The notes beneath the pieces are model-generated. The model made no database searches and was not told the DNA's origin. It worked only from the letters and a program-made list of their open reading frames with translations. A stretch of 64,000 bases of DNA from Promethearchaeota archaeon (lineage in GTDB: Archaea; Asgardarchaeota; Lokiarchaeia; Sigyniarchaeales; SOKP01): assembly GCA_019058295.1 (NCBI GenBank), contig JAHPZI010000021.1, positions 225,141-289,140 on the forward strand, in the 5' to 3' direction. The translations under genes were made by a program, and so were the position numbers. This document shows positions 60,945 through 64,000 of this stretch, one piece after another (position 1 is the stretch's first letter; each line of letters opens with the position of its first letter).

Positions 60945-60991
60945 TTTAATTTTCTATTTTTTCTTATTTTTTTTTTATTTATTTTTCTTTT
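60945..60991 (+). terminator. T-rich archaeal terminator tract after the thermosome gene
   Basis: Successive oligo-T runs right after the stop codon. Confidence 0.55.
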
Positions 60992-61081
60992 AGTAATTTA
61001 GCGATATTTTGGGAAAGTTCACATCCAACAATATCAATTCCTTGAATAACATTTTAGCAGGATGGACAACTTGCCTTCCAT
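60979..61081 (-). pseudogene. Possible decayed class I SAM-methyltransferase fragment
   Basis: Minus strand reads GKLSILL, then after a frame change QGIDIVGCELSQNIAKLLKEK*. Confidence 0.3.
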
Positions 61082-61176
61082 TATTGTTATAATAAATGAA
61101 TGATTGAATTGATTAATGAAAAAGAATTGATAATATTGGTTTAGATATTTTATTTTTAATTTAAGCCTTGGAGAGG

Positions 61177-62454
61177 TTAATTATTCCCTTTTTTTTTAAT
61201 TAAGACAACAATAATGACAATACAGACACCAATGGTCGCAAAAACAACAACTAGGATGATAGGTAATAGGTCTAATCCAGTTCCATCGTCATCGTCATCA
61301 TCTTCAATAGAAAAGTAAGAGGGTGAGATTTTATTCCGATTTAATAAGTAAATCGTATTATCATTACATCCGGCTACGATATAAGTTCCATCGGAAGAGA
61401 TATCAATAGACAGAACATTGCCTCCTGTTTTATAACTCTTTATTGGCATTGAACTTGAATTTTCTAAGTAAACAACATTGTCATCATTACTACCTGAAGC
61501 GATGAATTTACCATCAGCAGAAATTGCAACTGCAAATACAATATCTTCCGAAATACTAGTCCATAAAGGATCTGAATCCGTTTTATTGAAGAGAATAGTA
61601 TTATTATTGTCGTTTCCAGCAACTATATAATTACCATCAGCAGAAATCGCAACAGAATTCACATAATTGCTTGAATTATAATTCCAGATTGGTGTTGAGC
61701 TTGCTTTGTCAAATAAGGACACATTAAAATCCCAACTTCCCGCAACAATGTAATTTCCATCGGAAGACATATCAACCGAATAAATATCGTCATTAGCAGT
61801 ATAATTCCACATGGGTTTTGAGCTAGATTTATTAAAGAAGAAAAGTTTATTCTCCCTGCCTCCTGCCGCAATATATTTGCCATCTGAAGAAATAGCAACA
61901 GATCTCATATAATCATTAGCAGTGTAATTCCACATGGGTTTTGAGCTAGATTTATTGAAAAGATGTACTTTATTATCAAAAGTACTGACTACACTATAGT
62001 TACCATCAGAAGAAATTGCGACTTTGTAAATTACATCTCCTGTTGTATAGTTCCATAGTGGTGTTGAGATACTCTTATTAAAAAAAAATGTCTTATTACT
62101 TGCTGATCCAACAACGATGTAATTGCCATCAGAAGAAATATCAACAGCAAAAACCATTCCCTTTGTATCATAAGTCCAAATTGGGGTTTTTCTATCCTTG
62201 TTAAAAAAATAAGTTTTATTATCGAAACTTCCCGCAACGATGTAATTACCATCGGAGGAGATTGCAACTGAAGTTATTATACTGCCTGCTTTGTAACTCC
62301 ATTCTAAAATTCCACTTGTTTTAATATCCATATTACTTATTGAATTAGATGGATGGGTTTTGGAATATTTAGTTGAATTTTTACTGTCTAAGGGAGAAAT
62401 AATTAGAGTTATCGTCAAAATAAAGATGACTAAAATCAATTTTATTTTCTTCAT
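61177..62454 (-). CDS. Extracellular WD40/PQQ-type beta-propeller with signal peptide and C-terminal TM anchor
   Basis: Eight ~41-aa repeats (SVAISSDGNYIVAGS...PxWNY), acidic linker, TM plus KKK. Confidence 0.88.
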   Translation of the reverse strand: MKKIKLILVIFILTITLIISPLDSKNSTKYSKTHPSNSISNMDIKTSGILEWSYKAGSIITSVAISSDGNYIVAGSFDNKTYFFNKDRKTPIWTYDTKGMVFAVDISSDGNYIVVGSASNKTFFFNKSISTPLWNYTTGDVIYKVAISSDGNYSVVSTFDNKVHLFNKSSSKPMWNYTANDYMRSVAISSDGKYIAAGGRENKLFFFNKSSSKPMWNYTANDDIYSVDMSSDGNYIVAGSWDFNVSLFDKASSTPIWNYNSSNYVNSVAISADGNYIVAGNDNNNTILFNKTDSDPLWTSISEDIVFAVAISADGKFIASGSNDDNVVYLENSSSMPIKSYKTGGNVLSIDISSDGTYIVAGCNDNTIYLLNRNKISPSYFSIEDDDDDDGTGLDLLPIILVVVFATIGVCIVIIVVLIKKKGNN

Positions 62455-62532
62455 TTGATTTATAACTAATGGATTTTTATATTGTTGAACAATATACCTA
62501 ATTTAATAAATGTTTCACTAAATGTTTAAAAG

Positions 62533-62892
62533 ATGGAAGAGAAAAACATTTTTGAGGAATATAAAACAGCCAGTAAGGGGATAAAGAGAATTAAGATAGA
62601 CGAAGAAAAGCTGACAATTATTTGGCCTAATAATCAGAAAGAAGTGTTCTTGTTAAAAGATTTAAATAAAGTAGCTTTAATTACTACTGCTGAGGGACCC
62701 TTGGAGCCAGATATATTTTGGTTATTCATGTTTAAAATTCCTATAATGGTACCGAGTGACGAATTAATTCCAGGTTCTCTGGCAATTATCGAATTTATGC
62801 TGAACTTACCAAATTTCAATTATGAAAAATTTATCGAAGCAATGAGCAGTACAAGCAACAATGCTTTTGAATTATGGCAGAGAGATACTTAG
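62533..62892 (+). CDS. Hypothetical protein (possible PH-like fold)
   Basis: ITTAEGP..PDIFW, LPNFNYE..IEAMSST. Confidence 0.6.
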   Translation: MEEKNIFEEYKTASKGIKRIKIDEEKLTIIWPNNQKEVFLLKDLNKVALITTAEGPLEPDIFWLFMFKIPIMVPSDELIPGSLAIIEFMLNLPNFNYEKFIEAMSSTSNNAFELWQRDT

Positions 62893-62939
62893 AAACTAAA
62901 AACAAAATAGAAAATAATAAAAAAAAAATTAGTTAGAAA

Positions 62940-64000
62940 TTAAAATATAAAGTATCTAATGAAGAAAAAGTAAAATATAGAACGATATTTTATAAAATTA
63001 ATTAGATTATGGTTAAAGGTGTTTTCCGAAACGATGTTATGCTTGCCACAAAGTATCCCAATTAAGTTGTGGTTGATGCTGTTTCCCGTAATCTGGTTAT
63101 AATGGGATAATACAAAGATCCCGAACCAATTATTACTTATCGTATTTCCAGAGATAACGTTGTAATTGCTTCCGTAAGATAATTTAATTCCATACAGATG
63201 GTGCATTATTATATTGTCTGAAATTGTGTTATGACTTGAAAACTTTAAATATATCCCGTAGCAATCGTTTTTAAGTATGTTTCCCGAAATGATGTTATCA
63301 TTACTATTGACTAAATGTATCCCGATTACATTGCCGTCACAAATGTTTCCCGAAAGTATGATGTTATCACAATCAATTAAAACTGTCCCAGCTTCTCCGT
63401 TATTTGAACAATTGTTATTAATTAACGCCCCGTTAGACACGTTAACCAAAGTAATTCCCACACTAGCATTGGAAAATGTAGAATTTTCAATTCGAAAGTA
63501 CACGTCTGAATTCTCTATAAATATACAACTTTCCGCTCCGTCTCCATCGATCTCTATACCACTAATAATATAGGGATCCGAACTTGTTCCAGAACCGGTA
63601 CACCAGGTCTCTGTAGCTGCAAGGTCCGCCCAATCATCGCTCCCGGTAATAACTGTCGGAGGTATAACTGGTGGTGGAGAAACGGTGAAATATCTTACAT
63701 CAGATAGATACATCGTTCCAAGAGTGTCTTCTCCAAAGACTTGAATTATATGAAGCCCCACATCAGGCATAGGAATAGTTGTATTCCCTAAGATTGTCCT
63801 AATTGCTTGCCCGTCCAAAGAATAGCCCATCCACTCAAAAGGAATATCACTAGTAAAGCTGAGCAGTAAGCCTTCTTCTTTATTATCTCCAATATTATAA
63901 TTTGGATCCCATGAAAATCCAATTGCATCAACATAAAATGAAAACCCATCTGAACCTGTTTGAGTAAAAATAGTTATATTTGAAATTGCTGCTGCATCTC
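62940..64000 (-). CDS. Surface protein with NosD/CASH right-handed beta-helix; 5' end lies beyond the window
   Basis: Frame open from the window edge (...YVDAIGFSWDPNYNIGDNKEEGLLLSF...WMGYSLDGQ); GSGTSSDPYII; repeated GIxLxxSxxNxIxGN. Confidence 0.85.
   Translation of the reverse strand, partial: DAAAISNITIFTQTGSDGFSFYVDAIGFSWDPNYNIGDNKEEGLLLSFTSDIPFEWMGYSLDGQAIRTILGNTTIPMPDVGLHIIQVFGEDTLGTMYLSDVRYFTVSPPPVIPPTVITGSDDWADLAATETWCTGSGTSSDPYIISGIEIDGDGAESCIFIENSDVYFRIENSTFSNASVGITLVNVSNGALINNNCSNNGEAGTVLIDCDNIILSGNICDGNVIGIHLVNSNDNIISGNILKNDCYGIYLKFSSHNTISDNIIMHHLYGIKLSYGSNYNVISGNTISNNWFGIFVLSHYNQITGNSINHNLIGILCGKHNIVSENTFNHNLINFIKYRSIFYFFFIRYFIF

Noticed and set aside
420-63573. Many short ORFs nested antisense or out of frame within recognised genes (e.g. 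420..764, 4862..5203, 14410..14724, 47513..47947, 53880..54296, 63277..63573)
   Set aside because: Fully overlap well-supported genes and have no motifs of their own

Overview
Low-GC archaeal chromosomal DNA, almost certainly an Asgard archaeon of the Lokiarchaeia type. This is inferred from archaeal ThrRS, AspRS, TruD, Pth2, eL38, eL40, thermosome, RibK/RibL and Alba, together with eukaryotic-signature proteins: two Rab-like GTPases, longin/uDENN domains, a JAMM protein, an SDS22-like LRR protein and a probable BRO1-domain protein. The window holds about 60 CDS and one tRNA-Arg(GCG); I saw no rRNA, CRISPR array, transposase or provirus. The left third is catabolic and lipid metabolism, the middle is signalling and membrane-trafficking-like genes, and the right is housekeeping and translation. 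Most notable: (1) a divergent pair of a uDENN/longin-Rab GTPase fusion and a longin-wHTH (NPRL2-like) protein, next to an LRR gene; (2) an ALIX/BRO1-like protein; (3) a ~0.9 kb tandem duplication whose flanks are 97-100% identical while the enclosed membrane protein is only ~50% identical; (4) four conserved genes that appear to need ATA/ATC start codons; (5) a SIRT6-like sirtuin; (6) an RHH-HisKA-REC regulator. All family calls come from motif recognition by eye, not database searches.
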